A DNA stretch of 63,850 nt, filler included, from Octopus bimaculoides (Eukaryota): NCBI RefSeq assembly GCF_001194135.2. It is 6 parts of 6 records of this genome, joined end to end, with 100 filler letters (N's around TTAATTAATTAA, not from the genome) between each part and the next. Parts side by side here need not be neighbours in the genome. Positions count along the whole stretch, not along the records: positions 9,395 to 25,945 come from NC_068984.1; positions 26,046 to 33,657 come from NC_068982.1; positions 33,758 to 59,023 come from NC_068987.1; 3 more parts are not named here. One strand, 5' to 3'. The notes under the pieces are model-generated. The model did no database searches. It was given only the letters and a program-made list of their open reading frames with translations, and had not been told where the DNA came from. The position numbers and the translations under genes were made by a program. Below are positions 22,205-36,461 of this stretch, in pieces (position 1 is the first letter of the stretch; the number at the start of each line of letters is the position of its first letter).

Positions 22205-23463
22205 AGAGGAATAATTCCCGCGAGCAACAAACCGAGTAAAGTTCAATGGCCAACATTGGAAATCAAATCTCCCTGCAAACATAGTTGTATGTAGTTGCCG
22301 TCTGTCGTCTGCTTACGTTAAGACGTCTCTGTTACATTCGCGCCAAAATTCTAACAAACAGAGCACTGAAGTGCAACCATTCCAGCCTAAGAGTCTTCTA
22401 TGATAAAAGAACAGTCTGGTTATATTTTGTCTTGTTCAAGTTCTTATCCTAGATTTCCAGAAATTCACGTTACTTAACTTTTCAGAAAAGCCAACTATTT
22501 TTATCTCATTATATTCTTGAATANNNNNNNNNNNNNNNNNNNNNNNNNNNNNNNNNNNNNNNNNNNNNNNNNNNNNNNNNNNNNNNNNNNNNNNNNNNNN
22601 NNNNNNNNNNNNNNNNNNNNNNNNNNNNNNNNNNNNNNNNNNNNNNNNNNNNNNNNNNNNNNNNNNNNNNNNNNNNNNNNNNNNNNNNNNNNNNNNNNNN
22701 NNNNNNNNNNNNNNNNNNNNNNNNNNNNNNNNNNNNNNNNNNNNNNNNNNNNNNNNNNNNNNNNNNNNNNNNNNNNNNNNNNNNNNNNNNNNNNNNNNNN
22801 NNNNNNNNNNNNNNNNNNNNNNNNNNNNNNNNNNNNNNNNNNNNNNNNNNNNNNNNNNNNNNNNNNNNNNNNNNNNNNNNNNNNNNNNNNNNNNNNNNNN
22901 NNNNNNNNNNNNNNNNNNNNNNNNNNNNNNNNNNNNNNNNNNNNNNNNNNNNNNNNNNNNNNNNNNNNNNNNNNNNNNNNNNNNNNNNNNNNNNNNNNNN
23001 NNNNNNNNNNNNNNNNNNNNNNNNNNNNNNNNNNNNNNNNNNNNNNNNNNNNNNNNNNNNNNNNNNNNNNNNNNNNNNNNNNNNNNNNNNNNNNNNNNNN
23101 NNNNNNNNNNNNNNNNNNNNNNNNNNNNNNNNNNNNNNNNNNNNNNNNNNNNNNNNNNNNNNNNNNNNNNNNNNNNNNNNNNNNNNNNNNNNNNNNNNNN
23201 NNNNNNNNNNNNNNNNNNNNNNNNNNNNNNNNNNNNNNNNNNNNNNNNNNNNNNNNNNNNNNNNNNNNNNNNNNNNNNNNNNNNNNNNNNNNNNNNNNNN
23301 NNNNNNNNNNNNNNNNNNNNNNNNNNNNNNNNNNNNNNNNNNNNNNNNNNNNNNNNNNNNNNNNNNNNNNNNNNNNNNNNNNNNNNNNNNNNNNNNNNNN
23401 NNNNNNNNNNNNNNNNNNNNNNNNNNNNNNNNNNNNNNNNNNNNNNNNNNNNNNNNNTTGCAG

Positions 23464-23506
<43 letters not shown>

Positions 23507-23606
23507 CCACGTTAACTCGGATCAAGTAGACTTATGATCGAAAGACGTCCCAGCAGTGATCATCCCATCGTCCTTTTTTTTTCTTCCATCTTTTTTTCGG
23601 ACATAC

Positions 23607-23772
23607 ACGCATGCATGGCTGTGTGGTTAAGAAGCTTGCTTTGCAACCACATGGTTCCGAGTTCAGTCCCACTGCGTGGCACCTTGGGCAAGTGTCTTCT
23701 ACTATAGCCCCGGGCCAATTAATGCCTTTATGAGTAAATTTGGTAACAGGAAACTGTATGGAAGCTTGTCGT
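23607..23772 (+). mobile_element. Family-A SINE
   Basis: ggctgtgtggttaagaagcttgc...gagttcagtcccactgcgtggcaccttgggcaagtgtc. Confidence 0.8.
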
Positions 23773-24502
23773 ACATAACAACAACAGTGGCGTCTCATAC
23801 TGACAAATACCCACCATCCATTCTACTTTTCCTATCCAAAGGGTTTCGAAACCAATATTATTGATAGTTTTACGAGTTCAACCGTTAAAAATTCTTATGA
23901 TATAAACAGCATACAATTCAGTGGAGTAATGTCGAAGGAGTGCTTTGGTCAAATCGTTGAACGTCTATCATGTTTACAAATGATGCGGGTTCTAGTCCAA
24001 CGGGCGTCATTCGACTTTTTCTACTCAAAACGTTTTTATCCCAATATATACACGCTAGTATTTATAGCTTTATTTCCTTCGAGTTCCACAGTTAGAGTTG
24101 TGATTTTTGTTTGTTTTTATCTGCTGAGTGTTGGGGAAAGAGAAGTAGTCATAGATTTCCCAGCCCCACCTTCGAAGGATGCGATTACTGTCATCTGTTC
24201 TGGAGTCTTTGTAAGACAAGATTTGCAGGAGAGATATGAGGGGGGAGGGGATTAGGGGAAGGAAGGAAGGAAGGAAGGAAGGAAGGAAGGAAGGAAGGAA
24301 GGAAGGATTAGGCGTGGTGATCAGAGGTGGGCCTGGAGTGTTGGACACAGGAAGGAAGATAAGAAGAGACACGAGTAAGATAGGAACACCTGAATGGGTG
24401 CGGTATGAACTTAGTTGATTCTGAGGAGGAGATGTCATTATTGGAGCGGCAAGAGAGGCAAAGGTAGTTTGCATTCATATAATTCTTCTTCCTTCGCCAT
24501 GC

Positions 24503-24669
24503 GCAGGCATGGTTGTGTGGTTAAAAAGCTCATTCTGCCACCATGTGGTTTCGGGTTCAGTACAACTACGCGGCACCTTGGGCAAGTGTCCTCTATTATA
24601 GCCCACTCGCCACCACGGACGACTAATACCTTGTCAGTGTAAAAGTGGAAGATAGGAAACTGTGTGGAA
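24503..24669 (+). mobile_element. Family-A SINE
   Basis: gcgcaggcatggttgtgtggttaaaa...gggttcagtac...caccttgggcaagtgtc. Confidence 0.75.
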
Positions 24670-25989
24670 NNNNNNNNNNNNNNNNNNNNNNNNNNNNNNN
24701 NNNNNNNNNNNNNNNNNNNNNNNNNNNNNNNNNNNNNNNNNNNNNNNNNNNNNNNNNNNNNNNNNNNNNNNNNNNNNNNNNNNNNNNNNNNNNNNNNNNN
24801 NNNNNNNNNNNNNNNNNNNNNNNNNNNNNNNNNNNNNNNNNNNNNNNNNNNNNNNNNNNNNNNNNNNNNNNNNNNNNNNNNNNNNNNNNNNNNNNNNNNN
24901 NNNNNNNNNNNNNNNNNNNNNNNNNNNNNNNNNNNNNNNNNNNNNNNNNNNNNNNNNNNNNNNNNNNNNNNNNNNNNNNNNNNNNNNNNNNNNNNNNNNN
25001 NNNNNNNNNNNNNNNATGACTGAAGCAAGTAAAAGATAAAAAATGATTCCTGGACAAGTTTCAAAGGTTTGAAACCGACATCAGTTTCTTGAGACATGGC
25101 AACTTGACCCGCCTTCCCGCCTTTTTTCCAATTCTCCCATTCCCCCATACCCAAGGAGGGAACATACGAAGCATCTTCTATGAGAAACCTTACGTTAATC
25201 CCTGGTGGCAGGCGTTCATTTCTCAAGCATTGGCACCAGCAATTCGTCTCCTCCACCCCTCATTTTATTTTAATCCTTTCCAATTTTTATTTGAATTAAC
25301 ACGAAAAATATTTTTATCATAGCATTTCATGATTTTTTTTTTTTTTTTTGGCAGATTTCGTCTTCTGCTGTGATTTTTGTTGATCGTTTTAGAAATTTGT
25401 ATAAATTCTACCTCTTTACAGACATTTGACAATGGAGTGCCAAGTAGGAACAAAAACCAATAATTTTATCTGACAACCGAATATGTGTGTGTGGGCGTAG
25501 GGGTGTGTGGTGGGGATGCATGAGTTTGTCTGTCGGTCAGTCTGTATGTATGTATGTATGTATGTATGTATGTATTAAACTGCATCAGGTGATGAGTCTC
25601 GAGTTCGGAAGCTGTGGGGAGTGTGGAGTTGCCCCTTAACGACCATTACTCTCAGATCCGTTCTGACCCGAAACAGTAGTACCTACCAGGGTCCTGCCAA
25701 TGGGCTAAATAGATTTTCCAAGGGCCAGAGGAGACTCCTGTTACATTTGGCAAAGTCGTGAGGACGGCAGCTCTTTTAGAAGAAAGATACTCTGGCATAA
25801 AACTTGCGGTCATCTTGCAATGCTGGTCAGTGGAACCTAGTATGGTGACCGAGAGAGTGGCAAAAGTGTTGTTGACCAAGCTTTTGCCACTTCAATCCAA
25901 TGACCTATGGGTGCCGGACTATCATTTCGTTTTATGAAGTCCAGTNNNNNNNNNNNNNNNNNNNNNNNNNNNNNNNNNNNNNNNNNNNN

Positions 25990-26001
25990 TTAATTAATTA
26001 A
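25990..26001. other. Assembly linker TTAATTAATTAA
   Basis: Same N-flanked construct. Confidence 0.9.
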
Positions 26002-29000
26002 NNNNNNNNNNNNNNNNNNNNNNNNNNNNNNNNNNNNNNNNNNNNTATATATATATACATATATATGTGTGTGTATACATACATATATATATTTATATAT
26101 GTGCAAGTGTGTGTGCCTGATTGTACTGTATCCACGGGTGTGTACGTACGTGCTTGTATGCGTGTGTACATACGTGCGTATGTACGTGAACGCGTTGTAA
26201 AAGAAATAAGAGTATGTTTTAATAAATCGATTTATATGTCGTGTGACGGACATGTCTGATGATTATCATATTAAGCAGGCATATGCGAAGTATTCGGTTA
26301 AATGTGTGGGTGCTTTAACCTATTCCTTTCTGTAAATACTAACCTTAATACGTTTTGTTTTCTTTATTTGTTTCATTCATTGGGTTGCGGCCATGCTGAG
26401 GCACCACCTTGAAGTATTTTGTTGTACAAATTGACCTCAGCATTTATTTATTTATTTATTTTATTTTGAAGTCTGGTGCTTATTCTATCAATGAATTTGC
26501 CCAACAGCTAATGTTACGGGGATGTAGACAAGCCAACTCCTGTCGTGAAGCGGTGGTCGGGGTGATACACAAACATACACAGACATACATACGCACAGAC
26601 ACGCACACATGGTAGACGGAAACTGAAAGAAGCCCGTCATGTATATATATATTTAAAAACTGTAATTATGAACATAATTATAATCAGGGTCAGCTAATTG
26701 CTTCGCCACGCACCGAATTTGGAAATTGGAGTTAAATACCTTTTCTACTACCATAAAGATCTCTCAGATAGTAACACACTTTTTACGTAGGCAAAAAGAA
26801 AAAATAACGATTCCACACGACTCAGATTAGCTACATACGCGTTTCGAGATTAAAGTAAAGTTATATATACTTACTTATTTCTCATATTCAGTGCAACATT
26901 TCGAAATATAAATTTGAGTGTTAGGATTTAATATGTTCGCGATCAAGCGCCATCGCATAACCGATATTCAACCAACACTTCCCAAAAAATATACAGCCGA
27001 ATGTGAACACATATTTAACCTCAATACGAGGTGTCTGCGTTTTGTCCCCCAACCATTGCTTGATGGCCGATGTTGGTGTGTTTGCGTTCCTATAACTTAG
27101 CGGTTCGGCAAAAGAGGCGATAGAATAAGTGCTAAGCTTACAAAGAATGTATTGGGGTTGATTTGTTCGACTAAAGGTGGTGCTCCAGCATAGCCGCAGT
27201 CAAATGACTGAAACAAGTAAAAGAATAAATGGTGAGTTATTTGTATGCTCACAGCGTGTGTACAATGTATATTAATCGGTGATGTTTGTGAGTGATTAAG
27301 TGAGTGGCTGAGTTAGTGAAGGTGGGTATGCTTGGATAAATGAGTGAGAGTGTCTTTGTGTATGCGTGAGTTTTGTGCTTGTATGTGTGAACACATGTGC
27401 GTGTATGTGTACGTGTTTGCATACGCGCGAGCGTATGCCTGTTTACATGCTTATATGTGAATGTTTGTATGCGAATGAGTGGAGGAGTCTATAGTTAAGA
27501 AGAAGTTTGTGTGTTGTAGGGAGTGAGAGCGTGTGTATATGCGCGTGCGCGTTCGTGCATGCATAAATAATTGATAAAATTAGTGAGAATCTCTATCTGT
27601 ATGCGTGTGTTGTTTATGTAAATATGTATATAAAGCGTGAGTGTATGCTTATGCATCTATGTATGTATGTATACGCGTGTGTGTATGCATGTGTGTGTAT
27701 GTTTGTGTATGTATGAGTAGTTGCATAAGAAAGAAAAGGCCTACCAATGACGGACTGAGAGAGTGCATGCACATGTGTATGTATGTGTGCGTATGAGTGC
27801 ATACGTGTGTGTGTATGTGTGTGTGTTGTGTGCGTGTGTGTGTGTTGTGTGCGTGTGTGTGTGTATGTGTAGGGATGCAGGTGAATGAATTGATGAGGGA
27901 ATAAGATAGGAAAAAAAAGGTGTGTGGACGTAGGATAGAGTAAAGTGATTGTAAATCATCACATTCTATTTCTAGTCTCTCCTCAGTGATGGGAAGAGGA
28001 GATAGCTAGGAACTGACCACGTGATTAATAAAAGCAAAGCCAAAAGTAGCCATCTTTACTTGTCTTGTTTAACAAACGAACGACTATATTATAACAAATT
28101 TGAAAGGCAAACAACTATATTTGTTCGTTGCAAAAACACCAATTGAACGTCAAGGAAGATATTATTAATTAGACTTGTCCTAGCAGATGTGTCATTCAGA
28201 CCACTTCAGACAGTTTCGTCTTAATACCGAAATAAACAAAATTTTTCATTTCTTTTATTCTGAAGCTTCTGGCTACTTCTAACTTCTACTGTTACAAATT
28301 CACAAACAACACTTACACTTCTCTATCTCAAGCAGTTGATAACATTTTTTCGTTCGTTATTGTTGTTGTTGTTGTTGTTGTTGTGCTTCTTGTTCTTGTT
28401 CTTGTTGTTGCTGTTGTTGTTGTTCTTCTTCTTCTTCTTCTTCTTCTTCTTCTTCTTCTTCTTCTTCTTCTTCTTCTTCTTCTTTTTCTTCTAATTATTA
28501 TTATTATTCGAGTGCCGCCAAGCTCTCACCGCCCTCAGTCAGGCGGGCAGTGCGATCGGTAGTAGCTCCACTCTAGCGTTCTATAGAGGGTTAGTGGGAG
28601 NNNNNNNNNNNNNNNNNNNNNNNNNNNNNNNNNNNNNNNNNNNNNNNNNNNNNNNNNNNNNNNNNNNNNNNNNNNNNNNNNNNNNNNNNNNNNNNNNNNN
28701 NNNNNNNNNNNNNNNNNNNNNNNNNNNNNNNNNNNNNNNNNNNNNNNNNNNNNNNNNNNNNNNNNNNNNNNNNNNNNNNNNNNNNNNNNNNNNNNNNNNN
28801 NNNNNNNNNNNNNNNNNNNNNNNNNNNNNNNNNNNNNNNNNNNNNNNNNNNNNNNNNNNNNNNNNNNNNNNNNNNNNNNNNNNNNNNNNNNNNNNNNNNN
28901 NNNNNNNNNNNNNNNNNNNNNNNNNNNNNNNNNNNNNNNNNNNNNNNNNNNNNNNNNNNNNNNNNNNNNNNNNNNNNNNNNNNNNNNNNNNNNNNNNNNN

Positions 29001-29402
29001 NNNNNNNNNNNNNNNNNNNNNNNNNNNNNNNNNNNNNNNNNNNNNNNNNNNNNNNNNNNNNNNNNNNNNNNNNNNNNNNNNNNNNNNNNNNNNNNNNNNN
29101 NNNNNNNNNNNNNNNNNNNNNNNNNNNNNNNNNNNNNNNNNNNNNNNNNNNNNNNNNNNNNNNNNNNNNNNNNNNNNNNNNNNNNNNNNNNNNNNNNNNN
29201 NNNNNNNNNNNNNNNNNNNNNNNNNNNNNNNNNNNNNNNNNNNNNNNNNNNNNNNNNNNNNNNNNNNNNNNNNNNNGTTTTCTTCCTCTGTTTAGACGAA
29301 CTTTCCTACCTTTTCGGACAAAACCTTTTGTAACCTTCGTCCTGTCTTTGTCCTTATATGTTTTTAATTGATATTAGCCCTTGTGACCAATAAAACGAAT
29401 TA

Positions 29403-29446
<44 letters not shown>

Positions 29447-29494
29447 CATTATTATTATTATTATTTTCATGAAAACTCTCAGCTTATTTTGCTA

Positions 29495-30326
29495 GATATG
29501 ATTGAAAAGGTCAGCTGCTCACAGCCAGCAGACTAAGGCGACACTTCTTTACTGACCATGCTTCAAGAACCCTGCGGAGAACTCTTTCAGTTCCAAGCAA
29601 CGAAGATTTTTGTACGTGTTCTATTTTTACATTTGTACCAATCAATTTGAGCCGCGCTGGTAGTTGAGTGCTGATACTTCCAAGAGCACCATTTACTTCT
29701 GGTATCACGTTCACTTCCTTAATTGCCCACAACCAGCGTATTTCCCACTTCAATTCATCATAGTTGTTCACTTTTTATTCTTCTTTCTCTTCGTTCTTGT
29801 TATCAGGACATGCTAAGTCGATTATCAGGCATGCTTTTTTTCTTTTCTGTATACCACAACAATATCAGGTTTCTGGTGTCTCATCTGATGGTCACACCGA
29901 ATCACTGCATCCCACAGGATTTTGCAATATTTGTCCTCAGTAAACTCCCTCTAAGATTTGGTCATACCACGTCTTTGATCTTTCTATGCCATAGTTTATT
30001 ACACAGAGTTCCTAATGGATCATTCTTTCCACATTGTCATATCAGCTTTTGTATTCACGCTGTGCCAATTTCGCGCATTCATGAACAATGTGCCACACTG
30101 TTTCGCCCCTCTCATCACACATTCTGCATTTGTCGCTCTCAGTTGTGTTATCAATCCTGTACTTCACATAGTTTGTCTCCAATGCTTGTTCTGATGCCGC
30201 CCATATAAGTGCTTCTGTTTCTATCTTCAAGTCACTTTTTCGCATCCGAAACCACCAGCCTTCTGCATGTCTTTGCACTCGTATTTCTTGCAAACTAACC
30301 ATGCATTTTTTCCTTTCCACACCGTT

Positions 30327-30372
<46 letters not shown>

Positions 30373-30855
30373 CTTTTTCTTTTTTGTGGTCTTTTCCTCT
30401 TTAAATTTCTCTTTAACACAATTATCAGTTTTGATGGTGCGGAACTTCTTCTCATTCATCAACAATGGTTCCATTGCATTTTTTACATACCACCCGAAAC
30501 TGTCTTCCTTTGATTCACCATAATCCTGGAAACTGATCAAACCTCTCCCACCCTTTCTTCTGGACAACTACAACTTATCTGCGTCACTCTTGGGATGGAA
30601 CGCTCCATGCACAGTCAATACTTTCCGTGTCTTCGTATCTACACTCATCAGTTCTTTCTTTTGCTAGTTTATGATTCCAGTTCCATACCAAAGTGATACT
30701 ATTGCCCATGTATTTATTGCTTGGAATAAAAATTCCATCCAGTCAACTTTGAGCGCAACACCAATCTAAGTCTTCGGAAATATTCTTTCCTTAGTTATTC
30801 TTTCATTTCTTTCTCCATGATTTCATTGAACTCTAGTATGCCAAGGTATTCATAA
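29495..30855 (-). mobile_element. RLE-type (R4/Dong-like) LINE, 5'-truncated, with (AAT)n 3' tail
   Basis: CCHC knuckle DKCRMCDERGETVWHIVHECAKLAQREYK, C-terminal GALGSI...LLGTERVLRRVLE, and (AAT)n tail at 29400-29465; frameshifted. Confidence 0.85.
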
Positions 30856-31384
30856 CACTCAAAACTCTCTCGACGTTTTGTTGCTCGTAGTAACGATAGT
30901 ATTTGCTTTTTGCTTATGGAAAGAATAAAAATTTAGTTTATTAAAAATCCAACTAGATTTCCGTCGAAATATTATATATATTATATANNNNNNNNNNNNN
31001 NNNNNNNNNNNNNNNNNNNNNNNNNNNNNNNNNNNNNNNNNNNNNNNNNNNNNNNNNNNNNNNNNNNNNNNNNNNNNNNNNNNNNNNNNNNNNNNNNNNN
31101 NNNNNNNNNNNNNNNNNNNNNNNNNNNNNNNNNNNNNNNNNNNNNNNNNNNNNNNNNNNNNNNNNNNNNNNNNNNNNNNNNNNNNNNNNNNNNNNNNNNN
31201 NNNNNNNNNNNNNNNNNNNNNAAATACTTTCCAAGCATATAAAATGTAGCAAGTTTTAAAATGCAATAAAGTACATTAAATTATAAGTAATAATCGAAAA
31301 TATTATGACAAAAGCATGCTGAATATATGAAAATATGTTTAAGTGGTTCAAATCCACCTTTAAACTATCATAGATGCCAGCGCA

Positions 31385-31548
31385 CTGGCAGAACCGTTAG
31401 TACCTCGGAGAAAATGAGTTCAAATTCCGTCGAGGTCGACTTTGCCTTTCATCCTTTCGGGGTCGATGAAATAAGTACCAGTTGAGTACTGGGGTCGATA
31501 TAACCGACAAACCCCCTACCCCCAAATTGCGGGCATTTTTCCTATAGC
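31385..31548 (+). mobile_element. SINE family C
   Basis: ctggcagaaccgttag...gagttcaaattccgtcgaggtcgactttgcctttcatcctttcggggtcgat. Confidence 0.8.
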
Positions 31549-32011
31549 TATAAAAGAGATGATCAAAAGTTGAGTACCATGAACTGTAGGGATACCATGA
31601 GGAAAAGAAGGATTATCGTTTCAGATGGAGATCTTCGCAAGGGACACGATTTCCTCCACTGGAAAGTTTACCCCGCTGAAAAGTTTAATTTTCCATTCCT
31701 CACGATACACTAACAAATTTCCTCTTTTTGCTTATTTTCTGCATTGAATCTTGCTGACACGGACAACAATTAATTTCCTTGAATTTTATTGATTATATTT
31801 AATTATACTGTTGGCTATAATTGAGGATGGCCTTTTTTGTTTGCTTGTTTGTGTTTTTTTTTTTCTTTTCTGTAAGTGAAAGTATCAACGCAGAAAAAAA
31901 CAAACATCTATATCCTTCCACCATTCATTGACATTTGCAAATAACTCAGGAAAGTTAAGGGACTGAATAATACATGAATTTGCAGCCGATTATATGTGGG
32001 AGCATGTGAAT

Positions 32012-33290
32012 ATAGAAGGGAGTACCGAAATTAATGCAAAACAGGGCATAACGTTTTTTATTAACTGACACAGGTCGTTCAAATTGCACATGTTTGTAGA
32101 GTAACTCGTCCTCTTTAGGTACTCTGTTCTTCTTCAGTGCAGGCAAATAATGGCCTCAAAGTGTAAGCAACGTGCCGATAGTGTCTCGATAAAGAAAGAA
32201 TGCAGGCTGTCCAACATTTACAGAAGTCTACAGTTTGTTTACAGAGATGACGCCAGTGACAAAAGCATTGTGCAAAGACTAATAAAGAATTTTAAAGAAG
32301 GGAAAAACCAGCATTGAAGTGAAGCCACGGCGTGGGTTAATATCAGCTACGACCACTGACACGAACTGCCGCAAGTGGAAGAAACTATTCACTTGAACAG
32401 ACGAATGACAATCCGCAAACTTCCTGCACAACTGCTCTGTGGTCACATTGTATTAAAGATGATGAAAGGCTTCGAGTATCGGAAAGTGTCTGCAAAATGG
32501 GTACCTCGGTAGTTGACATTCAGTTTGAGGGAGCGAAGGGTGAAAGTTTGCTGTGATCTGCTGGAAGCCTTCGAAGCCAGTGCAGATACGTATTTTTTCC
32601 GGTCTGGTGACAAGAAATCAAAAGTGGATGTATCTTTATGAATCGGAAACAGAGATTCAGTCTCTGGATTGTTTTCACACGTCTTCTACGAGGCTCAAGA
32701 CTCCCAAAACTCAGCAATCGGTACAGAAAGCCAAAGTGACTTTTTTTAAATGCCATGTTTAAAGCGTCACTCTCTTTGATTTTGTGGATGTACCGTGAGC
32801 ACCGAGCAGTACATTGAAATAATCAAGAAACTGGGAGAAGCCACTGGGAAGGAGAACAAAAATCTGAAAACGATCAACATTCATTATGACAATGCGCGAC
32901 CACACACATTTTTGGTAACAAATCAGGGAATGGAGAGATAGGAGGCAATGATTCCCCACCCATGATAAAGCCTGGATCTCATACCTTTCCAATTTCCACC
33001 TTTTCGGTCCAATAGTGGACAGTCTTCGCAGAGAACGATTTGATGACACAGATGGGGCAAAAGTGCTTGGGAGAAAGTAAATGCAACTGTGCATATCTGA
33101 ATTTTGGGGGAGAGGATTCGACAGTTAGGTCAAACGACGGCACAAATACACTGCCTATGATGGAGACTATATTATATAGTTTTGTTTTTATATAGAGGCT
33201 GATTTATTCTATGTCCAGTTCAAACGACCTATCTTAGTTAGTACAAAAGTTATGCACACCTTTTACATTATTTTCTATATAAACATCGTA
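32012..33290 (+). mobile_element. Mariner DNA transposon fossil with degenerate TIRs
   Basis: Decayed transposase MASKCKQRA...FKEGKTSIE...KWVPR*LT...SLDL.PSNFHLFGP; inverted repeats 32032-32091 vs 33211-33269 (taatgcaaaacagggcataacg...caggtcgttcaaattgcacat). Confidence 0.85.
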
Positions 33291-33701
33291 TATACACAGC
33301 TCTTACTTCTCTTGAATGCCAAGATTGAATACCGGAAGATTGAGATAATCGGTCGTTTAGAATCCAGTGATTTAAGATAGGATACCTACTATAATATCGG
33401 TTACTTATATCGGTACAGTTTTTTGTTGGGGAGCAACCGCTTATATCAATCCTACAACTTTACTAGAACTTAACTTATCGAATGCGGAAAGAGAAAAGTA
33501 AACGTCTTTAGGAGTATTTGAAATAAGAATGAAAAGTAACACACTTTTCCGACTCTGTACCGATTCTTTTGCTACACAGCCTTCTTTTACCAGAATAATA
33601 ATATTAAAAGTGAATGTTCTTAAGGGTGTTTTCTTTCTTTTTTTTTTTTTTTTTTTTNNNNNNNNNNNNNNNNNNNNNNNNNNNNNNNNNNNNNNNNNNN
33701 N

Positions 33702-33713
33702 TTAATTAATTAA
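33702..33713. other. Assembly linker TTAATTAATTAA
   Basis: Same N-flanked construct. Confidence 0.9.
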
Positions 33714-33757
33714 NNNNNNNNNNNNNNNNNNNNNNNNNNNNNNNNNNNNNNNNNNNN

Positions 33758-33990
33758 ACTACAAAGTCTGCGTAGACGGAGGAATTGGGAATAGGGGATG
33801 GAAAGTTTTGTGTGCTTAGGGTGGGAGGAGGAGAAGTTGAGATAGGAGTGTGAGTCTGTGTGTTTGTAGTGGATGGAGGTGCTAAGAGTGGAGTGAAGGA
33901 TGCTGACCGAAATGTCGAGAAAGGGGACAGAGGTGTCAGAGATAGTACAGGAGAAGTGGAGGGCAGGATGGAAGGATTGAACGAAAGAGA
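33758..33990 (-). mobile_element. Penelope-like element RT C-terminal fragment
   Basis: FHPALHFSCTISDTSVPFLDISV...HYKHTDSHSYLNFSSSHPKHTKLSIPYSQFLRLRRLCS is the typical PLE motif. Confidence 0.85.
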
Positions 33991-34034
33991 GGAACGAGAT
34001 ATATATATATGTATGTATGGATGGATGGATGTAT

Positions 34035-34245
34035 TTGTGTGTTTGTGTTTGTCCCTCTCTCACCATCGCTTGACAACCAGTTTTGGTGTATTTACGTCTC
34101 CGTAACCTAGCGGTTCTGCTAAAGAGACTGGCAGAATAAGTACTAGGCTTACAAAGAATAAGCCCTGGGGTAGAGTTGTTCGATTAAAAGCGGTGCTCCA
34201 GCATGGCCGCAGTCAAATGACTGAAACAAGTAAAAGAGTAAAGAG
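34035..34245 (+). mobile_element. SINE 3' module (family B)
   Basis: catcgcttgacaacc...cctagcggttctgctaaagaga...gcggtgctccagcatggccgcagtcaaatgactgaaacaagtaaaagag. Confidence 0.8.
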
Positions 34246-34253
34246 TATATATT

Positions 34254-34287
<34 letters not shown>

Positions 34288-34397
34288 CGTGTGTGTGTGT
34301 GTATGTGTGAAAGACTACATACATAATATTTATATGTGCACACGTAAACACACACATACATACATACACACACACACATACACACACACACACACAC

Positions 34398-34431
<34 letters not shown>

Positions 34432-34929
34432 GCATGCATACACATATGTATATTGACATCGTAAGAGCTTAGAAACTTCGAGAGAACGTGAAATAATCTG
34501 GGGGGGGGTGTTTCTTTGAACTGTGAAACTCTAAGCAAATAATGCTATGAATATTAGCGTGTAAAATTAAGTTTAAAAGGAAAAACTTTGGATAGATACA
34601 AATTCATGTACATATCCATACATACATTAAAATAATATTTTTCTGAAAAAAATTGTAATTCACTCCCACATCAAGAGGGAATTCACGAATTTTTAAGTTA
34701 GATTAATAAGTGCAATGTACGAAATTTTTCTTTCTTGAATCACTAACTTTAAAGCCAAATGATATATATGTGTGTGCGTGTATTGGTTCCATCTGTTTTT
34801 TTCCTGGCTATTGTACAGCGCCTGCACCTATCAAAACTGGAAGCTAAACCGGCTTTATGTTGATGTTTTTCACCCGATGAAATTACTTACAACGATTCAT
34901 TCCGAAGCAAGCTAACACGTGTGCGCGCG

Positions 34930-35017
<88 letters not shown>

Positions 35018-35163
35018 AACAAACAAACAAACAAACAAACAAACATCAAACAAACACACATTGCTATCAACGGCGTTATGATGTAGATTTATATTTTTCG
35101 GCCTCAAGAGAAAACTGATATAAAACAATGTAAGAGAACATAGTTGTTTATAACTAAATATGC

Positions 35164-35204
35164 TGAAGAAGAAGAAGAAGAAGAAGAAGAAGAAGAAGAA
35201 GAAG

Positions 35205-35287
<83 letters not shown>

Positions 35288-35290
35288 CTA
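35164..35290. repeat. Compound (GAA)n(GTA)n microsatellite
   Basis: Direct reading of the sequence. Confidence 0.95.
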
Positions 35291-36461
35291 TCACCACCAC
35301 TACCACCACCACTAACAGCAGCAGCAGTACCTGTAATTGTTGTTATTTCATCCCTCTCAGCTCTGACTGCATACATACACACAAACACATCACACACAAA
35401 CACATCACACACATACACGCACATACATACCAACTCCCACAGGCACACCCAGTCATGCATTAGTTTACCTAGGAAATAATCGACTTGGGATTAGTAAACA
35501 TAGTAACGAACGATATTTTTCATTTGATTCTATGATGAATGAAAGACCAGGTGAGATACAGAGATAAATACGTACACATGTACAAACATGCACACATAGA
35601 AAGCGACGTGCGAATACTCACGTACTTAACCACAGACATCAGCATACATAATTTCAAAAATATATACTTCCGAAACATTCTCCCCACCAAACACCCACCC
35701 ACCTACACACACACGCATGCACCGCATGCACACATACATACACAAACGCACACACATACATACACACATACAGTTGCACTCATACAAACATACATCCAAA
35801 TGTGTAATGCTTTACATTAAAATGTGTCAACGGATATTTCTAAAGAATCACGAGGGCACCGAAAAGAACGACCTCATTGAGGGAATCTCTACGTGGCTAC
35901 TCGATATGTTAGAAATAGCAGCCAACTCACTCTCAAACGTACCCTACCGTCTACAATAATTCTGTGAATGTGTTTCTTTGTAAACATATATATAAGGCGC
36001 AGGCACGGCTGTGTGGTAAGAAACTTGCTTCCCAACCACATGCTCCGAGTTCAGTCCCACTGTGTCACACCTTGAGCAAGCGTCTTCTACTATAGCCTCA
36101 GATCGACCAAAACTTTGTGCTTGTACTCGGCGTTGCGTAGGGATAAAGATCCCTACGCAATCCCGAAGCAAATATGGTATATAAACAAAACACATGCACT
36201 ATGTATATGCGATAGATAATGTTTACATTATTAGGGCTATTTTTATTTCGTACTACCACTTTAAGCAATCTATACGCGCGCGCACGCACAAACTCACACG
36301 TATGTATATTAAACACAATGGGAAGTCACAAGTTATCCGTACTTCCACCCAGACTTTTGGGTTGGCCGCGCGGTCACGTGATAAAAGATGGTACTTTTGT
36401 GGTTACATAACCAAGGTCTGACCTTGATCACTCCAGTTTTCTTTCTTTTGTTAGAGTTAAC

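Noticed and set aside
24164-24210. Exon-like segment (cag|...TTT|gtaaga), phase 0 to 2
   Set aside because: Weak, purine-rich acceptor and no TMC similarity; phase compatibility alone is insufficient.
26925-27030. Open segment GFNMFAIKRH...NTR, phase 1 to 2
   Set aside because: Poor acceptor and donor (gtgtct); its 3' end runs into a SINE module.
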